From Microcystis aeruginosa NIES-2549 (GTDB taxonomy: Bacteria > Cyanobacteriota > Cyanobacteriia > Cyanobacteriales > Microcystaceae), in assembly GCF_000981785.2 (NCBI RefSeq), contig NZ_CP011304.1:1260001-1292000 (forward strand): a DNA stretch of 32,000 nt, in the 5' to 3' direction. A program made the translations under genes and the position numbers. Under the pieces are notes generated by a model. That model searched no databases. It was not told the origin of the DNA and worked only from the letters and a program-made list of their open reading frames with translations. Positions 23,433 through 31,827 of this stretch are shown here, piece after piece (the first letter of the stretch is position 1; each line of letters starts with the position of its first letter).

Positions 23433-26057
23433 ATGATCAACAGTGATCACCAACAAGCGATCGAGCTAATGTTAGCATCGGGAGACTATAATCAATTATT
23501 GTTATTTTGTCAGCAAGCACTGGCGGTTCATCCGGAAGTGACTGATTATTATCCCTATCTAGGATTAGCTTATCTGCTGCTAGGGCAGCAAGCAACAGCG
23601 CAAGAAATTTGGTTATTTTGGCTATTACAATCAGAGTCCAGTCAGGATTTAATTATGCTGCTCAAAAAAGAGATAATTAGAAATCTTGATTGCTGGCAGT
23701 TTGCCGAAGCTAAATTAATCTATATCCAGTGGCTAGAATTAGAAGAAATAGAAGGCGATGAAGAGATAGAAAATTATGCCCTGACGGTGATAAACTCCTG
23801 TCTTCAAGAGGTGCAAGAGGCAATTAATCGGCGAGAATATACTTTAGCTGAGGACTTTTACTTAAGAATTTTATCTTGGCGTGAACAATTAGCTTACATC
23901 TGGCACGATTTAGGATATTTATACTATATAATTAACCGACTAACAGAATCTTTTAACTGTTTGGCACGAGCCATCAACTTAGAGGAAAATCAAGCCTTAT
24001 ATCATTATACTATGGCCATGGTGCTAGAAAAACAATCCCGTTTAGATCTAGCTTTATCAGCTTATCAAAAAGCGATTGATCTCAAGGATAATTTTATCGA
24101 TGCTTATAACAAACTGGGCAATTTATTTTATAAACTAGGGCAGCTAGAGTCAGCCGAAAAAATCTATCAGCAGGGAATTAATAAACAGGCTGATTTTTAT
24201 CCTTTCTATATCAATTTAGGCAATGTCTATTTAGTTAAACAAGCTTGGACAGAGGCAAAAAATGCTTATAAAACAGTCCAACAACTGGCAGGAGATAGAG
24301 GAGAAATTAGTCAAAATCTCTCCCTTTGGGAAATTCTGCAAGCTGACCAAAAAAGAGCGAATATTTATTCAGGTGATTATTTTTATCAAAGAAAAATCTA
24401 TCAATTAGCATTAAACTATTATCAAAAATTATTATCAATTAAAATAGAGGAGAGCAATTTTTATTTAAATTGCGCCCATTGCTATCTCATTCTTAAAGAA
24501 GAAAAACAAGCTTTAGAAGTGTATAAAAAAGGCATTGCCTATCATCCAGAAAATATTGATTTACATTTGCGCCTAATTTGGTTACTACAAAATAATTATC
24601 CGATCGAGGTGGCAATTCAAGCAACTAAATCGGCTTTAGAGTATCTTCCCGATCACCTATCTCTGAAGTTAGAATTAATGCGTTTAATGCCAATAGTTTA
24701 CACAACTCAAGCCGATATTATGCAATATCGATCAAACTACGAGAAACAGTTAGATAATATCTTATCCAATCTTGATTTAACTACTACTACTAATCAACAA
24801 CAGGATGCTTGGAAAAGTATTGGATTAAGAACTAACTTTTATCTTCAATATCAAGCTAAAAATGATTTAAAACTACAAAAAAAATATGGAGAATTGGTTT
24901 ATAAAATTGCCTCGGTTAACTTTACTAATTCGGTGAAAAAGCCAACCATACCTACGCGAAAAATCCGCCTTGGCTATATTTCTGCTCACTTGCGTCATCA
25001 CACAGTAGCGAAACTGTTTCAAGGATGGTTGCAGTGGCGAAATCGAGAGCAATTTGAAATTTACTGTTATGGAATAGATATTAATAACACCTGGGATAAT
25101 TTTACCAAACAATATCAAGAGCAAAGTGATTATTTTTATCAATTTGATAATCTGGTCAATATAGAAAGAATTGCTCAACATATTTTAGATAATCAGTTAC
25201 ATATTCTGGTTTATTTAGATATTGGTATGGATGCTCGCACTACCCAACTAGCAGCATTGCGTTTAGCTCCAGTACAATGTGTAACTTGGGGCCATCCAAT
25301 CACCTCAGGATTACCAACCCTTGATTATTTTATCTCCAGTGAATTAATGGAACCCACGGAGGGAGATAATCACTACAGTGAAAAATTAATTCGCTTATCT
25401 AATTTAGGTATTGCCTATGCTAAACCCTCGCTTCCTCCCCAGAGAAAAACTCGTTTAGAGATGGGATTAGCCGAGGATAAAATCATCTATTTAAACTGTC
25501 AGAGTTTATTTAAATATCTGCCAGAAAATGACGATATTTTTCCTAGAATTGCCCGACAAGTTCCCCACAGCCACTTTATTTTTATCTGTCATCGTAGCGA
25601 ATTTGTGACCCATTGCTTTCAGTCGAGATTAAGTCAAGCTTTTGATAAGTATGGACTCAATTGGCAAGATTACGGGGTAATGATGCCACAATTAGAACAA
25701 AATGATTATTTTCAGCTTAACTTATTAGCAGACATCTATTTAGATAACTTAAGTTGGTCGGGGGGAAATACCACCTTAGAAGCAATTGCCTGTCAACTTC
25801 CAGTTGTTACCTGTCCGGGGGAATTTATGCGCGGAAGACATTCCTATGCTATCTTGAAAAAATTAGGCATAACCGAGACAATTGCTACGGATAAAAATCA
25901 CTATATTGAAATTGCTATTCGTTTAGGTTTAGATAATCAATGGCGACAAACAATCAAAGATTATACTAAAATGAATATCGATACAGTATTTAATGATCGA
26001 ACCTCTGTAGAAAGTCTAGAAAGATTTTATCAATCTGTAGTAGGAGAAGGTAAATAA
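23433..26057 (+). CDS. TPR-repeat protein with a C-terminal GT41 (SPINDLY/OGT-like) glycosyltransferase domain
   Basis: The N-terminal half has TPR-like repeats (AYQKAIDLKDNFIDAYNKLGNLFYKLGQLESAEKIYQQGI...). The C-terminal half has GT41-like blocks (IRLGYISAHLRHHTVAKLF..., VTWGHPITSGLPTLDYFIS, DIYLDNLSWSGGNTTLEAIACQLPVVTCPGEFMRGRHS). Confidence 0.8.
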   Translation: MINSDHQQAIELMLASGDYNQLLLFCQQALAVHPEVTDYYPYLGLAYLLLGQQATAQEIWLFWLLQSESSQDLIMLLKKEIIRNLDCWQFAEAKLIYIQWLELEEIEGDEEIENYALTVINSCLQEVQEAINRREYTLAEDFYLRILSWREQLAYIWHDLGYLYYIINRLTESFNCLARAINLEENQALYHYTMAMVLEKQSRLDLALSAYQKAIDLKDNFIDAYNKLGNLFYKLGQLESAEKIYQQGINKQADFYPFYINLGNVYLVKQAWTEAKNAYKTVQQLAGDRGEISQNLSLWEILQADQKRANIYSGDYFYQRKIYQLALNYYQKLLSIKIEESNFYLNCAHCYLILKEEKQALEVYKKGIAYHPENIDLHLRLIWLLQNNYPIEVAIQATKSALEYLPDHLSLKLELMRLMPIVYTTQADIMQYRSNYEKQLDNILSNLDLTTTTNQQQDAWKSIGLRTNFYLQYQAKNDLKLQKKYGELVYKIASVNFTNSVKKPTIPTRKIRLGYISAHLRHHTVAKLFQGWLQWRNREQFEIYCYGIDINNTWDNFTKQYQEQSDYFYQFDNLVNIERIAQHILDNQLHILVYLDIGMDARTTQLAALRLAPVQCVTWGHPITSGLPTLDYFISSELMEPTEGDNHYSEKLIRLSNLGIAYAKPSLPPQRKTRLEMGLAEDKIIYLNCQSLFKYLPENDDIFPRIARQVPHSHFIFICHRSEFVTHCFQSRLSQAFDKYGLNWQDYGVMMPQLEQNDYFQLNLLADIYLDNLSWSGGNTTLEAIACQLPVVTCPGEFMRGRHSYAILKKLGITETIATDKNHYIEIAIRLGLDNQWRQTIKDYTKMNIDTVFNDRTSVESLERFYQSVVGEGK

Positions 26058-26147
26058 AACTTTAGAGCTAGATAAAATTTTAAAAACTCACATCCGACTA
26101 CCGACTCCCTAAAAGGAAAACTTCCTACCTGATCATTAAGATAACTG

Positions 26148-27221
26148 CTATAGTTGAAACCCGATTAAATTTTCGATCGCTTTGAGCAAATCTTGATTAG
26201 TCCAATTCTGGTACAGATAAGCGGCGATCGCACATCCCCCCGCACCGACTCCCTCTTTGACGAAACCCTGTTCATAAGCTTGCAAAACCGGGTATTTAGA
26301 GGCTGAAAAGTTTAATTGTGTGGCTAATAAAGGCACTTTTCCGATCATTCGGGCTAATCCCACCGTATCCCCCGTTTTATCTTCCGCTACCCAGCGAGTT
26401 GTGCCGACGATGATATTTTCCCAGTTAACGGGATAGGCATATTTAGCCACTAGAGCTTTAATTAGGGCAGAAACGGCTAACATTTGGGTTCCTCCGGCGA
26501 GGAGTACCCCACCCTGGCGACTGGCGGCGATGGCCATGCCAGCGACGAAAATCTGCTGAGGATCGCCTAGGGCGGCGATTACCTCAAAAGGATCAAAAAT
26601 TTCTTTTCGGGCTAATCCCTGCTCAACTATTGCCCATTTCTGAGCATGATTGCACTGGGGATGGCTGCTGTTAACTTTGCCGTTGGCTCGATAACCCAAT
26701 CCGGTGAGGATGGCGAGGGCGGTGGTGGTGCCACCGACCACACACTCGCCGATAATTAGATAACTAGACTGGCGGGCTAGTTTTTCTCCCCAAGCTAATC
26801 CTTGGGCGAACAGGTGTTTTACTATGTCGAAATCTAGGGCGCGGCCGGTGGAGAGACAACGGGCCGGTTGTCCCCCGAGTTCGATATAATCGACGGCCGG
26901 GGGCAAGGGTAAACCGGCGTTAAAAACGAGGACGGGAATGGCTAATTTTTCCACCACGGCCCGGGTAATATAGGCAGGGGAGGCTCCCACCGTTAGGGGG
27001 GGTAAGGGATAACGGGGATGGGGTGAAACTCCTTTAACGATAAATTCGGCATCGGCGATCGCTGTATATTTTCTATCTTCCGGGGTAGCACCGGCGGTGG
27101 AGATTCCGGGGATTAATCCCGTCTCGGTAAACCCCAAAACTAGGGCAAATATCGGAGAAGATTTTTGATGGCGCTCTAACCAATTTTGCCCCCGTTCGAT
27201 TTCCGTGTAAATTTTAATCAT
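26148..27221 (-). CDS. CobT-like (nicotinate-nucleotide-dimethylbenzimidazole phosphoribosyltransferase fold) UPF0284/TIGR00303-family protein
   Basis: The protein is 357 aa, with GFTETGLIPGISTAGATPEDRKYTA, GECVVGGTT and a C-terminal GVGAGG. These are typical of the cyanobacterial/archaeal CobT homologues. Confidence 0.65.
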   Translation of the reverse strand: MIKIYTEIERGQNWLERHQKSSPIFALVLGFTETGLIPGISTAGATPEDRKYTAIADAEFIVKGVSPHPRYPLPPLTVGASPAYITRAVVEKLAIPVLVFNAGLPLPPAVDYIELGGQPARCLSTGRALDFDIVKHLFAQGLAWGEKLARQSSYLIIGECVVGGTTTALAILTGLGYRANGKVNSSHPQCNHAQKWAIVEQGLARKEIFDPFEVIAALGDPQQIFVAGMAIAASRQGGVLLAGGTQMLAVSALIKALVAKYAYPVNWENIIVGTTRWVAEDKTGDTVGLARMIGKVPLLATQLNFSASKYPVLQAYEQGFVKEGVGAGGCAIAAYLYQNWTNQDLLKAIENLIGFQL

Positions 27222-27248
27222 CTGTTGATTTTGTCCTCTTACTTATCA

Positions 27249-27659
27249 CTATTTCCCTCTCTCCATGAGATGATCTTTGATTTCAACATATTTAGAAAAT
27301 AAGTTATCAATACTAGCCAGTTTTGCCCCGTATGCTAAGGCTGTAGCCATAATAATACGGTCAAAAGGATCTTTGTGAATGGGAGATAAATTAACGGCTC
27401 TAATGGCAATTTCGGGGGTAATTGAAAATATATCTATTTTAGCTACTGTTAAAGCTTGTTGAATCCACTCTTGAAGGGGATAACTTAATTCTAATCTCCC
27501 CCGTTGGTTAGCAAGGGCTATTTCATAGCAAGAAATGGGGGAAACTCCGAGAGATTCTGCTAACTCAAATTTTTCTAGCCAATGCTCGGGAAATCTGTCA
27601 AAATTGCCATTTATTAACCACAACCAAATATGAGTATCAAGCACAATTACTTCAGACAT
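27249..27659 (-). CDS. vapC: PIN-domain toxin (VapC type)
   Basis: The N-terminal VLDTHIWLW carries the first PIN acidic residue, later sequence includes DPFDRIIMATA, and the size is ~136 aa. The track start at 27665 is TTG; the ATG is at 27659. Confidence 0.8.
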   Translation of the reverse strand: MSEVIVLDTHIWLWLINGNFDRFPEHWLEKFELAESLGVSPISCYEIALANQRGRLELSYPLQEWIQQALTVAKIDIFSITPEIAIRAVNLSPIHKDPFDRIIMATALAYGAKLASIDNLFSKYVEIKDHLMERGK

Positions 27660-27880
27660 TCCCAATCTTCTTCATCTACAATAGGACTGACCATATCACC
27701 TAGTATTTTAGCTTTACCCACCATATTCTCAACTGGAAAATGACGTTTGAATAAGGATGGTTTTTCTTCTAATAAGTTGTTTTTGCTGGCGGTGAAATTT
27801 TTAATTAATTGATAAAGTTCATCTAGTTGTTCTTCAGGTAAATTATCAATTGCTGTTTGAATAAGTTCTTTAACAGTCAT
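27647..27880 (-). CDS. Cognate antitoxin (VapB-position; DUF2281-like N-terminus)
   Basis: The likely ATG is at 27880 (MTVKELIQTAIDNLPEEQLDELYQLIKNF...). The acidic C-terminus is IVDEEDWECLK. It overlaps the toxin start by 13 nt. Confidence 0.65.
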   Translation of the reverse strand: MTVKELIQTAIDNLPEEQLDELYQLIKNFTASKNNLLEEKPSLFKRHFPVENMVGKAKILGDMVSPIVDEEDWECLK

Positions 27881-27980
27881 AGTTTTACTCTCTATTTTCT
27901 GAACTTGAGTTATACTATAACACAACGGTTCCTTCAATAAAGGGACTCATCTTGAGATTTTACCTAAAATACAGCAGACT

Positions 27981-28033
27981 AAAAAGACTCATTTAAACCG
28001 TTTATTCTTAGATTAGCGGAATCTCCCCTAATG
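27981..28033 (-). repeat. Dispersed ~55-nt repeat, copy c (inverted)
   Basis: The reverse complement reads cattaggggagattccgctaatctaagaataaacggtttaaatgagtcttttt, which closely matches copy a at 16439-16495. Confidence 0.6.
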
Positions 28034-28078
28034 CAAGAGTGCCTCGTCTCAAAAAGTAATTTAAACACTTAACAGCTT

Positions 28079-28957
28079 ATGTCTCCCCTGTCTTCTGCAA
28101 TTATCGATACTTGGCGACGTTTTTACCGAGATCCCCTGGCAACAATAGGAGCGATCGCATTAATGATAATTATTCTTGCTGTCCTATTCGGTCCGATTTT
28201 CTATCGGGTCCCCATCGATACCATCGATTTTAGTCAAACCACTGCTCCCCCTAGTTTAAAACATCTTTTCGGCACTAACGATCTGGGCCAGGATCAATTG
28301 GCGAGGATTTTGGTGGGGGGTCGAATTTCCCTAGCGGTGGGGATTGCTGCTATGATAGTCGCGATTATTCTAGGGACAGCGATCGGGGCTATTTCTGGGT
28401 TTTACGGGGGCGCAATCGATGGCTTATTGATGCGATTAACGGATTTATTCCTATCTTTGCCCCAATTACCCCTACTTTTACTGATTGTCTATCTATTTCG
28501 CGATAGCATCAAAAAAATCGCCGGACCGGAAACGGGTATTTTTATCCTCGTGGTTTTAGTAATCGGGGGTTTAAATTGGATGTCGGTGGCGCGATTGGTG
28601 CGGGGAAATTTCTTAAAATTACGCGAGATGGAGTTTATCTCGGCTGCGATTGCTTTGGGGGCCACTCCTTTCCGTTTAATCTGGGTGCATTTATTGCCTA
28701 ATGTTTTGGGAATGATCATCGTGGCGGCTACTTTAGCGGTGGGTAATGCGATTATTACCGAGTCAACCCTGAGTTTTTTGGGTTTGGGTTTCCCCCCCGA
28801 TGTGCCGACTTGGGGACAAATGTTATTTAAAGCTAAAGATTACTTGACAACTGCCCCCCACTTGGTGATTTTTCCGGCTCTGGCTATCGTGATCACAGTG
28901 TTAAGTATTAATTTTATCGGCGATGGTTTACGCGATGTCTTTGATCCTAATGTTTAA
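28079..28957 (+). CDS. ABC transporter permease, DppC/OppC family
   Basis: It is a multi-TM protein with an EAA-type loop (ITESTLSFLGLGFPPDVPTWGQML). Its length and N-terminus are typical of peptide/nickel permease component C. Confidence 0.85.
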   Translation: MSPLSSAIIDTWRRFYRDPLATIGAIALMIIILAVLFGPIFYRVPIDTIDFSQTTAPPSLKHLFGTNDLGQDQLARILVGGRISLAVGIAAMIVAIILGTAIGAISGFYGGAIDGLLMRLTDLFLSLPQLPLLLLIVYLFRDSIKKIAGPETGIFILVVLVIGGLNWMSVARLVRGNFLKLREMEFISAAIALGATPFRLIWVHLLPNVLGMIIVAATLAVGNAIITESTLSFLGLGFPPDVPTWGQMLFKAKDYLTTAPHLVIFPALAIVITVLSINFIGDGLRDVFDPNV

Positions 28958-29002
28958 GGAAGCGTAGAAGTGGATAATTGCCGAAAATTACCCAGAACCC
29001 CT

Positions 29003-29365
29003 ATGATGATCAGTAACGATGGTGAGGAAATAAATACTGTGAGTAGCGTAACTGTCATTAGCGATCAGAAGTTTGACCAAGAGGTTTTTGAGGTCGAAAA
29101 ACCCGTTTTAGTCTATTTTTGGGCGAGTTGGTGCGGTCCGTGTCGTTTGGTATCCCCCTCGATCGATTGGGTGGCCAACACCTACGGCGAACGGCTAAAA
29201 GTAGTTAAACTAGAGGTGGACCCTAACCCCAACTCGGTGGCTAAATGTGATGTGAAAGGTGTTCCCGCTTTACGCATCTTTAAAGATAACGAAATTATTG
29301 CCACTCATGAAGGGGCGATCGGCAAACAACAATTACAATCTTTTATCGATACCTATGTCAGCTAA
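29003..29365 (+). CDS. Thioredoxin
   Basis: The WCGPC active site is present (FWASWCGPCRLV). The track start at 28970 is GTG. The first ATG is at 29003, and a GTG at 29039 preceded by GAGGA would give a canonical ~109 aa protein, so the start is uncertain. Confidence 0.85.
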   Translation: MMISNDGEEINTVSSVTVISDQKFDQEVFEVEKPVLVYFWASWCGPCRLVSPSIDWVANTYGERLKVVKLEVDPNPNSVAKCDVKGVPALRIFKDNEIIATHEGAIGKQQLQSFIDTYVS

Positions 29366-29381
29366 TTAGGTATCCGTGGTT

Positions 29382-30560
29382 ATGAATAACTTAACCCTAG
29401 CACACCGCTTACAGGCACTACAATCCAACGTTTTTGCCGATATGGATCGGGCAAAAGCTGCCAGTAGAGAAGCGGGTAATACCATTATCGATCTTTCGCT
29501 CGGTTCCTCCGATCTTGGTGCTGCTCCCCATGTTATCGATGCGATTGAGCGATCTCTCCACGATCCTCACACCCACGGCTATTTACTCCATAATGGTACG
29601 CGAGACTTCCGAATAACTGCCGCTAACTGGTATAGCGATCGCTTTGGTGTCCCCGTCGATCCGGAAACGGAGGTTTTACCCCTAATTGGTTCTCAGGAAG
29701 GCACGGCCCATCTACCTTTGGCCCTTCTCAACCCCGGGGATTTTGCTCTGCTCCTCGATCCGGGTTATCCCTCCCATTTGGGCGGTGTTGCCCTTGCTGG
29801 CGGTCAAATGTACGGAATGCCAATTTTGGCAAAAAATGACTTTCTGCCGGTTTTAGAGGACATTCCTGAGGCAGTGCTGGCACAATCGAAGCTGATGGTC
29901 TTGAGTTATCCCCATAATCCCACTACAGCGATCGCACCTTTGGCATTTTTCCAAAAAGCGGTTGATTTTTGCCGTCAGCATAATTTAGTTTTAATCCACG
30001 ATTTTCCCTATCTAGACATCTTTTTTGCGGGAACATCGCCCCCCCCGTCAATTTTACAGGCCGATCGAGCTAAAACTAATTCGATCGAGTTTTTTACCTT
30101 TTCTAAGTCCTATAATATGGGCGGTTTTCGCATCGGTTTCGCCATTGGCAACCCGCAGTTAATTATGGCTTTGCGACAGATTAAAGCCATGGTTGATTTT
30201 AATCAGTATTTGGGCATCCTTAACGGTGCGATCGCTGCTTTAACCGGTAATCAAGATTCGGTCAAGGAAACCGTCGCTATCTTCCAAAAACGTCGGGATG
30301 TGTTTATTAATGCCCTAAATCGCATCGGTTGGCCGGTTGCCACTCCGGCCGCCACTATGTACGTTTGGGCGAAAATTCCCCCCAGTTGGCCGGGTAATTC
30401 CGTCGATTTTTGTCGGCAATTGGTGGCCCAAACCGGTGTCGCTGTTTCCCCGGGTTCCGGTTTTGGCAAGGGTGGCGAGGGTTATGTGCGTTTTGCCTTA
30501 GTTCACGATCCCGATATTCTAGAGGCTGCCGTGGAGAAAATTGGGGCTTTTTTGGGATAA
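29382..30560 (+). CDS. Class I/II PLP-dependent aminotransferase
   Basis: The PLP-lysine region FSKSYNMGGFRIGF, the motif SYPHNPT and a C-terminal GYVRFAL are present. The ATG is at 29382 (the track start at 29376 is GTG). Confidence 0.85.
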   Translation: MNNLTLAHRLQALQSNVFADMDRAKAASREAGNTIIDLSLGSSDLGAAPHVIDAIERSLHDPHTHGYLLHNGTRDFRITAANWYSDRFGVPVDPETEVLPLIGSQEGTAHLPLALLNPGDFALLLDPGYPSHLGGVALAGGQMYGMPILAKNDFLPVLEDIPEAVLAQSKLMVLSYPHNPTTAIAPLAFFQKAVDFCRQHNLVLIHDFPYLDIFFAGTSPPPSILQADRAKTNSIEFFTFSKSYNMGGFRIGFAIGNPQLIMALRQIKAMVDFNQYLGILNGAIAALTGNQDSVKETVAIFQKRRDVFINALNRIGWPVATPAATMYVWAKIPPSWPGNSVDFCRQLVAQTGVAVSPGSGFGKGGEGYVRFALVHDPDILEAAVEKIGAFLG

Positions 30561-30642
30561 AACCGATATTCTCAGCAGTAGTTATGCTGCAATCGATAAC
30601 TTTCGCCTTGTTGCTGCTGATATTCCGGGTGATATTGGTAAT

Positions 30643-30729
30643 GTGTCCACTCCCGAACCTTCTAGTATTATCGGACTAGGCATACTAGATGGTGGTTTAG
30701 TGGTGCGTCGCCTCGCTAAACGTCGTTAA
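30643..30729 (+). pseudogene. Orphan PEP-CTERM sorting-signal remnant
   Basis: VSTPEPSSIIGLGILDGGLVVRRLAKRR* shows a PEP motif, a hydrophobic stretch and a basic tail, and is preceded by AIDNFRL. There is no in-frame ATG and no room for an upstream domain (the aminotransferase ends at 30560). Confidence 0.4.
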
Positions 30730-30794
30730 TCGCGCTTGGGGTGGGGGGATGAGCCAAAATTTTGCCAATTCGCCACCCTTTGCGGTTAAAAGCT

Positions 30795-31013
30795 TTAATT
30801 GTGCTGCTGTCTTTGTAATTGCTCGATAGTTGCGGGGGATAAATCGGTAAATCGGGCGATTTCTGGGATAGGAAAACCAGCAGATAGCATTTTTAGGGCA
30901 ATTTGTCGAGCTTTTTCTTCTTTACCCGCTTGCAATCCTTTTTGTAGTCCCTTTTCCTCGCCTTCCTCTCTGCCTTCCTCTAAAATATCTTGATAGATGA
31001 CGGATTCTCTCAT
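30795..31013 (-). CDS. Free-standing DUF4351-type tail domain (72 aa), a duplicate of the C-terminus of the upstream Rpn-family gene
   Basis: MRESVIYQDILEEGREEGEEKGLQKGLQAGKEEKARQIALKMLSAGFPIPEIARFTDLSPATIEQLQRQQHN. The ATG at 31013 has GGAG 7 nt upstream. The DNA is near-identical to 31053-31278. Confidence 0.55.
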   Translation of the reverse strand: MRESVIYQDILEEGREEGEEKGLQKGLQAGKEEKARQIALKMLSAGFPIPEIARFTDLSPATIEQLQRQQHN

Positions 31014-31278
31014 AATGTCACTCCGAAGGATTTTTTTAATCGTCTCTCGATTGTAATTCCTCGATAGTTGCGGGGGATAAATCGGTAAATCGGGCGATTT
31101 CTGGGATAGAAAAGCCAGCAGATAGCATTTTTAGGGCAATTTGTCGAGCTTTTTCTTCTTTACCCGCTTGCAAGCCTTTTTTTAGTCCTTTTTCCTCGCC
31201 TTCCTCTAAAATATCTTGATAGATGACGGATTCTCTCATAATGTCACTCCGAAGGATTTTTTTAATCGTCTCTCGATT
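30815..31278. repeat. Tandem duplication, units of 238 and 226 nt
   Basis: 30815-31052 and 31053-31278 align almost base for base, apart from one 12-nt indel in the Glu/Gly-rich stretch. Confidence 0.85.
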
Positions 31279-31827
31279 TAATACTAACCCGGCGAGAATA
31301 CTGGTAGCGGCAGCGAGATTGCTTTGCACCTGTTTTTCGGGGATAGTTTCTAAAGAACGGGACACCTGACTTAACACCTGTTCGGGGTCATCGGTATTGC
31401 TGAGGATGGCAAAGGGTAATAAACCGGGATGATGAAAAAATTGTGGTGTATTTTCTTCCCAAAGACGGATGACTTGAAAGGAATGAAAGGTTTCCCCCAG
31501 ACGGAAAGTATTTTCTTGCACTAGGGGGGAATCACTGCGTCGCAGATAAATTACCACTTGACGCATTTGTTTTTGGGGATGACGACGATAGACGCGAATG
31601 CGATAATCGAGCATTCGGAAGGGAATTTTGGAGTCGGGGTCGGTTTGAAACTCGGTATGGAGAATCAATTCCTCTGACTGCAAAAAAATCAGGGAATCGG
31701 CACGAATGGGGTCTAATTGTAATTCCGTCGGGTCGAGGACGGTTAAGGGGAGGGGAGAACCCAATAACCAAGTGGCTAGATCATCGGAGAAGTTTTCGGC
31801 GATAAATTTACAAATATTATCAAACAT
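31036..31827 (-). CDS. Rpn-family recombination-promoting nuclease / putative transposase (PD-(D/E)XK N-domain plus DUF4351 tail)
   Basis: The N-domain reads FDNICKFIAENF...IRADSLIFLQSEELILHTEFQTDPDSKIPFRMLDYRIRVYRRH...VVIYL (a D...ExQ nuclease-like core). The tail resembles the 72-aa ORF. The likely ATG at 31827 (MFDNICKF) overlaps the upstream paralogue stop in ATGTTTGA. The track start at 31890 reads through that paralogue in another frame. Confidence 0.75.
   Translation of the reverse strand: MFDNICKFIAENFSDDLATWLLGSPLPLTVLDPTELQLDPIRADSLIFLQSEELILHTEFQTDPDSKIPFRMLDYRIRVYRRHPQKQMRQVVIYLRRSDSPLVQENTFRLGETFHSFQVIRLWEENTPQFFHHPGLLPFAILSNTDDPEQVLSQVSRSLETIPEKQVQSNLAAATSILAGLVLNRETIKKILRSDIMRESVIYQDILEEGEEKGLKKGLQAGKEEKARQIALKMLSAGFSIPEIARFTDLSPATIEELQSRDD

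Noticed and set aside
30410-30679. 89-aa plus-strand ORF spanning the aminotransferase end, including a hydrophobic MLQSITFALLLLIFRVILVM segment.
   Set aside because: The first half is an alternative frame of the aminotransferase gene. The hydrophobic part is the alternative frame of the PEP-CTERM remnant, which has the more recognisable signature.
30799-30993. Cys/Ser-rich 64-aa plus-strand ORF, and the 79-aa ORF at 31532..31771.
   Set aside because: Both are wrong-strand or wrong-frame ORFs within the Rpn-family coding regions.
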